A stretch of DNA of 54,439 nucleotides, filler included, from Piptocephalis cylindrospora (taxonomy: Eukaryota): the NCBI GenBank assembly GCA_003614145.1. It is 2 parts of 2 records of this genome, joined end to end, with 100 filler letters (N's around TTAATTAATTAA, not from the genome) between each part and the next. Parts side by side here need not be neighbours in the genome. Positions count along the whole stretch, not along the records: positions 1 to 27,297 come from KZ987770.1; 1 more part is not named here. The stretch is one strand, 5' to 3'. Positions 1 through 11,700 of the stretch are shown here, piece after piece (position 1 is the stretch's first letter; each line of letters opens with the position of its first letter). Position numbers and translations under genes: made by a program. The notes beneath the pieces were generated by a model. It saw only the letters and a program-made list of their open reading frames with translations, was not told the DNA's origin and did no database searches.

Positions 1-1398
1 GCGAGCGGTGCCCTAGGAGGGGGGGTGAGGGGGTGAGGTGTGGGGTGGGTACGGGGGGTGCTGTGGGGGGGGTGGGGGGGGGGGGGGGGGAGGGAGGAGG
101 GGAGGAGGAGGGAGATGTTGAGAGCAACGAAACTAGCGTTGAGTAGAATGGAGGAGGGGGGGGAAGGAGGAAGAGACTAGGAGAAGAATAAGGGGGAAAA
201 GACGGTAGAAAAAACGGAACGGAGGAGGAGGGGACAAGGGATGAGGAAAGAAAGAAGAATAGAAAAGATAGATGGTAAGGTGTGGCGAGAAGCCTTTTTG
301 AATAAGAGTATTGGTCTGGGAAAAATATAATCTTGGAGGAGTGCCAAGGGTGTGCACGAAAAGGAATATAAGACGTATGTGAAAGTGAATAGAGGGACGC
401 GCCGTTTCATACTCCGTCTCTTGGTCTTGGAGGGAGAATGAACTTTGGATCCCGACCTGGGCTTTTATGTTGTGTTCCATTGTGGGTTTCAGGCTCCGCC
501 CCCTCGTCTCCTGCATTGCCTTGCCTTGTTCTGTGGGAGCATCCTACCAATCTGCGATCCAACCCTATCTGAGAAGAGCGAGGATTTGAGGTGGAGCAGC
601 TCCCTTTTCACACTCCGATGGGCTGGGTCCTCTTGGGGAGTGGGAGGCCCGATGATCATGGGGGAGTTGAGTTTATCTGAGAGGGTACAGGGCGTATGGG
701 AGGAGAGAGACTGTATCAAAGGGTTCGGAGAAGAATGCAGTGTGTGCATGCGTGTTCAGGCGATGGAGGCTGATCTGCAGGGAAAAGGCGAGTGGCTCGA
801 TGGAGTTAACCTTGAGATGACCTTTTTGTAGAAATACCGGTTCTCCTTGGAAGAGGGAGGAGAGGTTGGTGTTTATCGGGGAGAGGAGGATCGACGATGG
901 GGGGGTTCTTCCTGATTTAGATGAGAGTGAATGGGAAGAGGTACCATTGGACGCTGACAACATGGGGAAGGAGGGGATTGCCACACTTTGCCTCTTGCCT
1001 CAATTCCTGTACAATGAGACGGGGCCGGCTCTGCTGCTCGGAAATGGAGACCGGTTCTCAAATACGATGGGCCACACGAGGATATGTGTATGTGTGTTGC
1101 CATGTCCAGCTTGAGCCAATGGAGGTGCCACTGAGCTGAGAGACCTTCTGACATACTTTTGCATGGATCCACCCACGCTGTTTTATATCTAGAGAAGGAA
1201 CACTGCTCTTATGCAAGAGACCCCACTTAATCCAGCCCACTTCTTACTTTCCCCCTCATTATCCGGCCCGTCTTTCAAAAGGTAAATCGGATATATAGAA
1301 AGATAAGTTCAGGGGATGACGGTTGAAGAGAGAGCGAGAGGGAGAGATGGGACTATCCCTACGGGGAAGTCAGAAGAAAGGATCAGCCGGGTGGATGA

Positions 1399-3090
1399 TT
1401 ACAGAGGCGCTGATGCTGTATGGTCCACATAGGCCTCATTGGTATCAAGGGTGACATCCTGAGCCATCTCGACCTTGGAAGGAAGGGGTGGAGGGGGAGA
1501 TGGGGAGGAGGAGAGTTCCCCGAGGACTTGGTTGATCCCGGGACCAGGAACGGCAGGGGACCTGGACCTAGACCGGGAAGAAGATCTGGATCCATGGGGG
1601 GATAAGGAGGGGGAGGGAGAGGCGGACCCGCCCTTGGCATCCACCCGGGCCTTGGCTCCAGATCGAAAGTCCACCTTACGCGACACGATCCTCCTGTCGC
1701 CTCCCCCGGCCACATGGTGGATCTTGTCGAAGGACCCGACCTTCCCCTGGACCCCTTCAAACTTGACTGGGTCATTCAGGATTTGGACATTTCCGCCCTG
1801 GGACTGGTAGGATACATTGTCCAGGGATCCCACCTTGCCACGGACCCCTTCAAACTTGACTGGATCATTCAGGATCTGGACATTTCCGCCCTGGGATTGG
1901 TAGGAGATGTTCTCGAGGGATCCGACCTTTCCGCGAATCCCCTCCAGCTTGATGGGCTCATTATGGATCTGCACATTACCTCCACCAGGCGTGTGCTTGA
2001 TGTTGTCTAGGGACCCCACCTTACCTCGCACATTATCCAGGCGGATTCGTTCATTGAGGATCCGAACGTTGCCTCCCCCGGGCGTGTGTTTCACATTGTC
2101 CATGGACCCGACACGGGAGGTAACGTGGCTGTAGGAGTTGCTCTTTTTCCCGGCCAGGACCCGAAGGTTCCCGCCCCCTGGGACGTGATGGATCCGTTCC
2201 AGGGACCCAACCTTACCCCGAACATTATCCAGATTGAGCGGCTCGCTTCGGATCTTCACCGTCCCTCCTCCTGGGGTGTGGTGGATCTTATCGAAGGAAC
2301 CCACCTTGGAGGTGACCTGAGCATATCGCTTGGGGGTCTTGGGCCTGGCCACCATCCCCTCCTTTTCCTCGGGGGATGTGACAACCCTACGGGCTCTTTG
2401 TCGGTTGGGTGATGGGGAGGTGGAGAGCCCCACGGTGGTAATGAGCGAGCCCTTGGGCCCCCCTGAACTTGGGGTGACCCGTCGTGTCGTGGGTCTCGAC
2501 CGAGGTTGCTCCGAGGTGGAAGGGGAGGTGATACTGGAAGTGGAGACAGAACGGCGATGGGGTCTCACCGGTCCCGGCTCGCTGGACCCATCGGAGCTCC
2601 CAGAGGCGGAGGAGGTCGGGGTGAGGAGACCTAGACTGGGAGCCTTGGTTGTCCTGCCCGACTCCACGGGAGGAGGCGAGGTAGCCGGGGTGACCGGGCG
2701 AGGAAGGCGTGACTTGCCCCCTGGGGTACTGGATCGCGTACGGGACCGGGACCGGGACCTGGACCGTTCCAAGTATACCGGGGGGGCCGGGGCGTACTTT
2801 GGATTGTGAGTGCTGGTACGGCCTAGCGGGGCCATGGGGCGGAAGGGCTCGAGGGTACTGTTTGCGTTCCACGGAGGGTGGTTCGGGGTGAGTAGGCCGT
2901 TTGGGACGGATGTGGAGTCTGAGGAGTTGTTGTTTCTGGACGAGGAGGGTTGGGGAGACTGAGCGATGGAAGTCGATGTGGTTTCAATGTGAGAATTTCG
3001 CTTTTTGAGTTGTGCTTCTGTTTGTCGAAGTGAGGAGAAGGATCGGCGACGCAAAAGGGCTTTTTCGTGGGCTTTGGAGGAAAAGGACAT
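1399..3090 (-). CDS. Tau/MAP2/MAP4-like microtubule-associated protein (Pro/Ser/Arg-rich region, 7 tubulin-binding repeats, R'-like segment)
   Basis: Intronless ORF with first ATG at 3090. Seven 31-33 aa repeats such as VTSKVGSFDKIHHTPGGG and VRGKVGSLDNIKHTPGGG match the tau consensus VxSKxGSxxNxxHxPGGG. They are followed by RRIVSRKVDFRSGAKARVD, which resembles tau KKIETHKLTFRENAKAKTD. Confidence 0.88.
   Translation of the reverse strand: MSFSSKAHEKALLRRRSFSSLRQTEAQLKKRNSHIETTSTSIAQSPQPSSSRNNNSSDSTSVPNGLLTPNHPPWNANSTLEPFRPMAPLGRTSTHNPKYAPAPPVYLERSRSRSRSRTRSSTPGGKSRLPRPVTPATSPPPVESGRTTKAPSLGLLTPTSSASGSSDGSSEPGPVRPHRRSVSTSSITSPSTSEQPRSRPTTRRVTPSSGGPKGSLITTVGLSTSPSPNRQRARRVVTSPEEKEGMVARPKTPKRYAQVTSKVGSFDKIHHTPGGGTVKIRSEPLNLDNVRGKVGSLERIHHVPGGGNLRVLAGKKSNSYSHVTSRVGSMDNVKHTPGGGNVRILNERIRLDNVRGKVGSLDNIKHTPGGGNVQIHNEPIKLEGIRGKVGSLENISYQSQGGNVQILNDPVKFEGVRGKVGSLDNVSYQSQGGNVQILNDPVKFEGVQGKVGSFDKIHHVAGGGDRRIVSRKVDFRSGAKARVDAKGGSASPSPSLSPHGSRSSSRSRSRSPAVPGPGINQVLGELSSSPSPPPPLPSKVEMAQDVTLDTNEAYVDHTASAPL
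1750..1930 (-). repeat. Near-identical 93-bp tandem duplication encoding tau-like repeats 5 and 6
   Basis: CCCTTCAAACTTGACTGG(G/A)TCATTCAGGAT(T/C)TGGACATTTCCGCCCTGGGA recurs with a 93-bp period; SYQSQGGNVQILNDPVKFEG occurs twice in the protein. Confidence 0.85.
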
Positions 3091-3384
3091 GGAGAGGAAG
3101 ACCACGGGTATATCAGGAAAATGGAGGGAACGGGGGGGAGGGAGGGGGGTGAGGGAGGAGAAGGACGAGGCGGATAGGCAGGGTCAATGTGCGAGGAGTA
3201 AGAAGGCAATGAGTGGGGAGATAGGGAGGGGAAGAGAAGGATGGGGATGGAGCGGGAAAGTGCGGGGTCGGAGATGGTCAGGCCGGCTATTTAAGTGTGC
3301 TGTGGGCCGCAAGGGATTGGGGATGACAGTGAGGATGAGATGAGGGAAAGAGTCTCTCTGCCACAATGTATATATCTCTCTCTA

Positions 3385-3407
3385 TGTGTGTGTGTGTGTG
3401 TGTGTGT
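3385..3407. repeat. (TG)n microsatellite
   Basis: Uninterrupted tgtgtg run upstream of the tau-like gene. Confidence 0.9.
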
Positions 3408-6073
3408 AGTTACAGAACGGTCCTCCCCTTGGTTTATCGGGGGAGGAGGCGGAGAAGGAGCGACCTAAGGACTGAGTCGAGAGTAGGTTGGATTCAGAAG
3501 GGAGAGTGAGAGGCAGAGCGATGAGGAATGTATGGTCCACACACTAAGGGAGATGGATGGAGCGGAGATTGGATCAATGAAGGGAGAGGAGGGGTCAATT
3601 GAAGGGGTAGGGGACAGATCAAGAGTGCGCGTCTATCCACGCACACTGAGGAACAGGAGCGGAGTTGACTCGTCAGTCCTTGGCCCAGATACAGGACAGA
3701 TGGGGAAGCAGAAGGCACACTAACCTTGAGAGGGAGAGTAGGACGCGTGCAGCTAGGGGTCCTGTAGGCGATGGGAGGGAATGGGAGGAAAGGGGAGAGA
3801 GAGAGAGAGAGAAAGGACTATGATGTTGGTCTAGTAGGATGGTGTCTGAGGGCCATGGAGACCATGTCACTATCCATTTATAGGATGACAAAAACGGCTT
3901 GTCCTGTCTATTGATTGCCCCTACATGCCATTTTCTTATGCCCAGGAATATGAGATGACTGACAGGAGACGTCCCCACACACACACGATCAGATAGTCTG
4001 TCTCCCCCCCCACTGCCCCTGTCGGTCATCGAGGGGGGAGGAAGAGATTCTCACTCATCTTTCAGTGCATCAGGAAGCGATAGGTACACTGAAGCCATGA
4101 GGGTCTTTGAACATGACACCATGGGTAAAAGATGAGTATATCCTTCACACACATCCCCTGAAATCATTTATGCGACGGGCCATGTCACCTCGGATCGACC
4201 ATGGGTATGGCCTGATGGGGATGAAGAGTGCTTCATATCACTCGACCTGCCTATGATGACTTTGTATTGGGTCGTGCTTTGACAGCACGCAGGGGAGTAT
4301 TAATCTGATCTGTCAGGGGCTCATTTAATACACATTTATATACACTAGGGCAGGAACGATCGCCGTCAGGCGATTTAGCATTGATGCGAGGAAGATAGTG
4401 GGTATAGCCTCGTTTCATATCAGTAAAGAAGGGGGCTTATTGCCTTTTAAGGCATGCGTCCTTTATGTCATGTGATTCTCCGCTTGGAATGATGATGATG
4501 AGATGAGGATGATGAAAAGCCTTCTATTTCCCCAGTTAAAGTAAGCAAGGGTGTGCGTACACAGCGATTGTCCTAGAGCCAGTATCCCTTGATATGGCAT
4601 ATTTGTAGGCTAGCATAGGCCAGGTCAAATCCTCTTACTTGATGCTTTCGGTATTTGTAGTGTATTGTGTATTCAACAATCTAGGGTCGTGCTAAAAATA
4701 GGCATAAACTGTAAAAAAGAAAAGGATGTTTGATGTGATTTTTCGCTTCGGAAAACATGCACGAGGACACATCTTCATGCATCCTCACCCGTCCACCCTC
4801 TCTGTACCCTGCTGTGAAGAGGTATGAACTCCTCGTCTAGAGGGTTCCGGGCTCATGGTCTGAATATCCGTCGGACAATGACACTATCTCATTCCTCTTC
4901 CTCTTTCTCCGTAGGGGATCCTGCAGGTGAGTCTCGGCCTCTATGCATCCTCATTGTGAGCCCCTTGCCCTCCTTTCCATGGGACAACCACACACTTTTT
5001 AAGGGGGGAGGTGATACAAAGACAAAGAAAATTGGGGTTACGCATGCTGAAACTCCCCTCAGCCCTTCCTAGCTCCGCACCCCTCCTCCTCACTTCTCTC
5101 ACTCCTTCGGCATGACTCCCCTCATATTCCGGTCATTGGTGCATGGGGCATCATCCTCATACACACATTTATCCGCTGCTCATGCCCTGTGGACCCTTCC
5201 CCCCACATCGTCCAGGCTTCCCTTCCCCTTTTCCATGGCTACTATGCAGCCTTGTCCGCCTCCTTCTCCCCTTCCCACCCTTAAACCCTACCCAAGATGG
5301 CCTAGCCAAGATGTCTGTTATGTGTCACCTTGGAATGCCTATTTCCTGCTTGCCCTAGGACCCTTCCCTTTTCTCGCGTGCTCTACCCATGTAACTACTC
5401 TTTTCCCAAACAACCTCATCACTTACCCTGTCCCACTCTCATCATCTTGCTCATTTCCCCTTTTTTCTTCATTCTCCCTTCCTCTCCCTCTCGCTCTCCT
5501 TCGTCCTCTCTCCCTCTATTCATTATCTTTTTCTTCCTCTCTTTTTCCTCACCTTCTATATCTCTTCCTTTTTCTTCCTCCCATCCACACACATACATCA
5601 TTCTCTCCTCAATCACATTGCTACGGTACCCTAGTGGATCCAACTCTACAGGCCTACTGTGCAAGTTCCTTCCAACCCCCTCCCTTCCCCTCCCCTCCCC
5701 CCTCCCCCTCCCCTTGATCTCCCTCCTACATCTTGGACATCCGCCAATTAGGTCTTTTGTTCTATCCTTTACAAGTCAGTGATTGCATCACCCTTCCCAT
5801 CCTTCCTTTATTCCTTTCGCGCCCATCCACCCGTCCATTCTCTCTTGTACTCTGATCTATATATTGCTGCACCCTCTCTCCTCTTTCGGTTCCACCTTGA
5901 CTCGGCCCCCTCCCCTCTTCCCTTCCTTACTCACGCCTTAGCCTATTCTGCTTTTCATTTCCTCGCCCGATCAACTCCGCTCACTGACCCAATCCAATCG
6001 ATCATTCACTTTTCTTTCACACATACATCCTTTCGAGGATCAAACTCCGGTCCAAAAAAACAGCCCCGCATCC

Positions 6074-7921
6074 ATGGATACCCCAGTCTCCGCACTCCCT
6101 CTTCTCCTCTCCCAACCCCATCATCATACCCAGCATCAGCAATACCCCCACGTCGTCCCTCCCGCCGCCTGGGGTGGGTATCTACGGCCAGAGGATGGTA
6201 TTAGCCCAGAGCAAAATCGTCTCATCCTCCTCGTGGCCCTTCCTCTCAACCTCCTCTCCATGTCCGCTGCCCTCTCCGTCTTCCTCGCCATCCTCTACCT
6301 TCGAAGGCACTACCCCCGCCTCGCCGATCGGGTCTCCTTGCGTCTCACTCTTGCCACTGCCTTCGTTGACGCCCTCTATCATCTTTTCCAGATGATTTCG
6401 GATCTCGCTGAGCCCCGAGAGGGCAACTTTTGGTGCACCTTCTCCGTCTGGGGATACGTTTGGGCCTCCCTCCTTTCCGTCTTCCTCACCGCCGCTCTTG
6501 CTCTCAACCTACAACTCGTTTGGTTCCATAAAATCCTCCTTCCTGTCTCCTTTGAACGTCTTTACTATTCTCTGGCCCTTGCCGCCTCCCTCTTTGCCAG
6601 TGTCCCCCCCTGGCTATTTGGCGCTTATGGCCCCGATGAAGTTGAAGGCACCTGTTGGTTCCGCGACCTTGGTTCTCACACTGCCCTTTTCTGGCAATGG
6701 ACTTCTCTCTTTGGGTGGCTCTGCCTCTCCATCCTCTATTGTTCTGTTGCTCTGGCCCTCGTCAGCTGGAAGCTCTGGGATGAGCACAACGGTGATGATG
6801 ATTACGATGATGATGAGGATGATGGGGAAGACTCCTTGCCCGGGGACCAGGAGGAGCTTTCCAGGACTATGACTTCCTCCTATTCTTCCTCCGGAGGTGA
6901 CGATCCTCTAGCCCTATGGGAACGTGTGAGTAGGCGGTTCTCAAGAACCATTCATCCTCGACCCCTCGCATTGGCCCAACGTGGAGGAAGTGGAGGGAAA
7001 CTCGAGTTGGGTAGGCCCAAGGAAGAGGGGGATTCCTCAGGGAGGCCATCCCCTTCTGCCGCCTCTCCCCCTGCCCATCCTAATCATCTTGGTACTCATC
7101 CTCCTTCCAGACCCCGGGCACGATCGGCTAGCGTGGGACATTGGACGGGGACATCCGGGCTGAGAGTAGCTCCACCGGGGTCTTTGGGCGGTATAGAAAG
7201 GTCACTCGGTCCCGATCAACCCCAGGTTCCCCCAATTCTTGAGTCCCCAGATTCATCTACCACTCCAAAATCCGTGACATCCTCCTCCTCCTCCTCCTCC
7301 TCCTCCTCTACTCTTCTTACCCCCACATCAGGTCCGGGTACCTCGGGCCAATCTGGAGCATACTTTTCGGGAAGGTCCGGGAATCCCCAGAACCGGTACT
7401 CCACCGCGTCCACCCTGTACTCCTCCTCGGCCACCCTGTGTCCTTCCTCCTCGGCCTCCACCATCCTTCCCTCAACAGCCGCACCGGCCTACAGGATTAG
7501 GGCCGATCGGGCTGCAGCACGAGCTGCCCGACGTCGTCAGCGTAAGATCCGTCGTCAGATTCACGCGGCTGTCGCTCGTATCGCCCTCTACCCCATAATT
7601 CCCATCCTCACCCAATCTCTCAATGTCATTTCAGTCATGGATGCCTACGCCACTTCTCGAGTCTCTTTTCCCCTCTACTTTGCCTCCTTTTGCGCCACCG
7701 GCTCTCAGGGTCTTCTGAACGCCATCGTCTTCCTCTGTGACCCCGCCATTCATAACTCCTGGCGGGTCGTCCGGGAGGATGCCTTGGCCCACGCTAGATC
7801 CCAGCGTGTCCTGGGAAGGGAAACATTAGCATCCAGACTTACTCTTCTCCTCCTTCGTCCATCCAGAGAGGATCCTTCCTTTGATCAGGTTACCCCCCCC
7901 CTCCCTGCCCACCTACCCTAA
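6074..7921 (+). CDS. Git3/Gpr1/cAMP-receptor-like G-protein-coupled receptor; the C-tail probably continues to 8453 past a poly-C frameshift
   Basis: Five hydrophobic helices, a long acidic/Ser-rich third intracellular loop, then two more helices. Motifs include FWCTFSVW (TM3 Cys), TCWFR (ECL2 Cys), RIALYPIIPIL (TM6) and SQGLLNAIVF (TM7), typical of cAMP-receptor-like fungal GPCRs. Confidence 0.82.
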   Translation: MDTPVSALPLLLSQPHHHTQHQQYPHVVPPAAWGGYLRPEDGISPEQNRLILLVALPLNLLSMSAALSVFLAILYLRRHYPRLADRVSLRLTLATAFVDALYHLFQMISDLAEPREGNFWCTFSVWGYVWASLLSVFLTAALALNLQLVWFHKILLPVSFERLYYSLALAASLFASVPPWLFGAYGPDEVEGTCWFRDLGSHTALFWQWTSLFGWLCLSILYCSVALALVSWKLWDEHNGDDDYDDDEDDGEDSLPGDQEELSRTMTSSYSSSGGDDPLALWERVSRRFSRTIHPRPLALAQRGGSGGKLELGRPKEEGDSSGRPSPSAASPPAHPNHLGTHPPSRPRARSASVGHWTGTSGLRVAPPGSLGGIERSLGPDQPQVPPILESPDSSTTPKSVTSSSSSSSSSSTLLTPTSGPGTSGQSGAYFSGRSGNPQNRYSTASTLYSSSATLCPSSSASTILPSTAAPAYRIRADRAAARAARRRQRKIRRQIHAAVARIALYPIIPILTQSLNVISVMDAYATSRVSFPLYFASFCATGSQGLLNAIVFLCDPAIHNSWRVVREDALAHARSQRVLGRETLASRLTLLLLRPSREDPSFDQVTPPLPAHLP

Positions 7922-8719
7922 GGATCCCATACCCATATCTGTGCGATCTCTCTCCCGTTCCTCCCTGGAGATCATGGAACCTCACTTTCCTCTCTATCGA
8001 TCCCAACTGAATGCTTCGATGGAGAGGAACATCTCCTCTTCCTCGACTTCCTCAGTCTGTTCCTCCGGGTCCTCCCTCTCAATGTTCTTCGAGGGTACAT
8101 CTGATCCCATAGGAGAACCGGGCCATTCCCTGCCCTTATCCTCCCATACTGATTCCAAGTCCGCTTCACCCACGGCCATCACCCCTCCCGCCACCGCCCT
8201 TACCCGGTGTCCAGCCCCAGCCTTACCCTACACCTCTACTATTCTCGATCGTGTGGATGAGGAGGCTGAGTTGGCCGTATCCGATCGGACTCCCTCCGCC
8301 TCCTTATCTTCCCCTCCCTGCTCCACTAACAATACTACCACTTCCATTCCATCTTCTCCTACCACTACCACCACCACCACCGCCCCTACCTGTTCGACCA
8401 CACTCGGTCGAACCGACGGGAATGGATATGCTCGTCATATTAGGTTTCTTTGAGGCGGGACATCTCCCGTCATCATTCCTGTGTGCATGTGTGGGCTTGA
8501 GCGTCCGTGTTATCCTCTCTTTGTGTAATCCATCGTGTCCTTTTTTGAGACCGTTATTGTCCTTTCTAATTTATTCAGTCGCGTTTCCATGAAAGAAATA
8601 ATTGAGATTCCATCTGGCTCACTCTCATCCTGTCACTTCCTTCAAATCGTAAGCAAGTCGAAACAAAACGATAATACTATTCCATTCCTCCATCATCTCA
8701 TACTCCCGGTCTTCACTTC

Positions 8720-11700
8720 TCAGGAAACCAGAGGCTGCATCACCTCAAAGGACCCAGTCCCTCCCTCGACAACCTTACCCATCACAATCCGTGAGGAGGG
8801 GGACTTGAGGTTATCTGTGTCTCCATACAGGGTGGCTTGGGTGAGGAAATGGCACGTCGTCTCAAAAGACATCTTGAGGAAGGGGGAAACGTTGGACTCG
8901 ATACCCGATCGGTTAAAGGGCTTGTATCCTCCCTCAAACGTCATGTAATCGGCAATGAGGGTCAAATGTCGTCGGTCCACTCCGATCCCATATACGTCAA
9001 AGACTCCAGCAACCTCGTCAATAATTGCATTCCTCGCCGCTTCCACCCCATAGGTTCGAAGGATGGCAGCAATGTCATTGGATCGAATGGCGTTGACATT
9101 GATGATTCGATCGTGCTGCCACATCCCTTGGAGGTTCACACCCTCGGTGGCCAAGCTGCGTGATTGATCATTCTCACTGGCATTCTCTGTGGAATAGGAC
9201 CGATCAATGCCTGCGACTTGACGGATCAAGGTGGCCTGAGCTGCCTCTTCGATCAGATCCACCATGAGAACTTTCTTGGTCTCGGCAGGGAGCATCATCT
9301 CGATCTCACACCATTCACCCTCCATCTGGTCGAATCGGTAGGCTGAGACCAGGGAATTACCCTGGGTGATCCTTCCCTCTCGATCCTCCTCCTCCTCCTC
9401 ATTAGCAAGCACGCGACTTTTCCTCTTGTCCTCTTCATCCTCATCCTCCTCGGTGTCCTTTTCCCTCTCATCCTCATCGGGACCGTCGTAGACTCCTTGG
9501 CCCTTGCGAGCATTCGCCCTCTGAGTATGGACGGCTCCATCTTCCTCTCCGCCTCCAGCATCCGAATCCTCATCGTATTCGGCCTTCCCACCAGCCTCCT
9601 CGGCTGCCTCCAGACCACTCTTCTTCCCGGGCCTTCCGGAGGAACCAACTCCACCACCGACAGCCTTGCCAATCTCCTCAGAAACTCCGGACGTATCCAG
9701 AGTCTGCCGGCGCTTCTTCAGATACCGAAGAATACATGATTCAAGACGACGGCAGAATTGACCCTCAATGACCCGTTCGAGATCCTGGGGGCCAATAGAA
9801 TACTCAGATTCATACTCGGCCTGGGAGAAGAAGTGAAGACGAAGGGTGTACCGCTTGTATCTGGTACCGGGGACCGTGGTGTCATCCAGTCTCTCAGTCA
9901 CCTTAACCCAATCAATGACCTCGGACAGGGCTAGGCGAGAGATGGACTTGGCAAACTGATTACCCTCCTCCGTACTTACACTATCGAGCAGGGGCAGGAC
10001 CATGGTGGGGGTCTTGATTTGGGATGAAGCTGTCATAATGATCTCACGAAGACGAGGGATCCCAAGGGTGACGTTCTTGGCACCAAACCCGGCAAAATGG
10101 AAGGTGTTCAGGGTCATCTGAGTAGAGGGCTCCCCGACGGACTGGGCGGCCAAGAGACCTACGGCTTCGCCGGGATCCACGAGGGACTGAAGGTACTTGA
10201 GGTTCATAAGAGCCTTGAACATAGTCTCGGTAAGGGAAGCCGTACTGGGGTTTCTGGCCTTAGCGCCTAGACGAGTCAGCGACTTGCCGGAGCCGGTGGG
10301 CTCGGTGGACTCCTTCTTGGATTTTTTGGATTTCTTTGGCTTCTTCCCGGACCGAGCCTCAGCCTCTCTCTTGGCCTCTTCCTCTGTAGCCAGGAGACCT
10401 TCCTTATTTGCCTGAGTGAAGGCATCAAGGGCGGACTCAAAGCTCTCGGACACCGATCCAACGTACCTGGCTGGAGGGTATTCGGCTAGCAGGGTGTTGT
10501 CCCCCATAAGAGAGGAGGATGGGGCGCCATCAGCCTCTTCCAGAACGCCTTGAACGGTCTCAGTGTCCAAGAGGCGCATGGCCTGAGAAGGATTGAGGCG
10601 ATCACGGAAGGCGTAGAAGTTGGAGGCAATAAAGGGGAATTGGGTAAGATGCTTTTGCTTAATGACATCTAGGGAGTCCTCTCCATAGTGGAACTGGAGG
10701 ATGGAGCCATCGGTGGACCGGACAGTGTGATCGTATTGCACACGAAGGTCCTCAAGGTGCTTGATAAGACATCTTTGGAGGTACCCAGATCTGGAGGTCT
10801 TGACGGCCGTGTCAATCAGACCCTCACGACCAGCCATGCAATGGAAGAAATATTCCTGGGGGCAAACTCCAGTAAGAAAACGGCCGGCAATGTAGCCACC
10901 GGCCTTGGCGGAGGGATCATAGGGCCGGAAGGAAGGAAGAGACTTGCCGCTGACCATGATGGGGACACGACGACCCTCAAGCTCCTGCTGACCCAGACAA
11001 CAGGAGATCTGAGAAACATTGACACGACTTCCCTTGGCCCCGGATACAGTCATCATTTGCATGTTGTTCCAAGGGAAGAGCTTGAGTAGACCAGAAGGAA
11101 GGCACTTCTGGATGACTGAGGAGGTCAGACCATTCATGCGATTCTTCATAGCGGCATCTAGACCCTGGAGCTTCTCATCATCCCGAAGGACCTCTTCCAT
11201 CCGGGCACGGAATTCCCCTTGAAGTCCGGAATCAGCCTCGTAACCTGGACCACCGGAGAGCTCCGATTGGGCCGGATCCAGCTTGAGACCAACGTATTCG
11301 GCGGCGGTCTCGAAACCAAACTCTACACCTCCATCCATCAGGGACCTTCTCCATTCATCGCCCTCACGGGTTAAACGAAGATCATCCATGCGACAAGTGA
11401 AAGCTTCGGTTTGGAGGTATTTGGTGAAAAGTCGACCGAGCATGGAGAGAAGTCGACCAGCGTACGAAGGCCCGTAAAGCTCATAGACGGAATGGACCAG
11501 GCCGTAAGCACTGGCACCAAAGGCCTTCTTATCCAGGACACCCTGAACCAGTTGACCTCGACACACCACAACCTTGGATTCTTCCTCTTCTTCCTCAGCG
11601 GAAAGCTTACCGCCTGGAGCTCTGCGACCGCCCCAAGATTTCCCGGGGATATTAGCTTTGGAGGTGAAGTTAGCCTGGGGCTTACCCCATGTCAAGTTGA

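Noticed and set aside
1..1000. Short minus-strand ORFs (673-984, 489-749, 133-516) and a G-rich start
   Set aside because: No recognisable motif or convincing splice model. The first ~300 bp are low-complexity and may be poor quality, and there is no regular telomeric unit.
5112..6073. Several 140-200 aa Pro/Ser/Phe/Leu-rich ORFs
   Set aside because: These are translations of the CT-rich leader upstream of the GPCR; stop codons are rare in such sequence.
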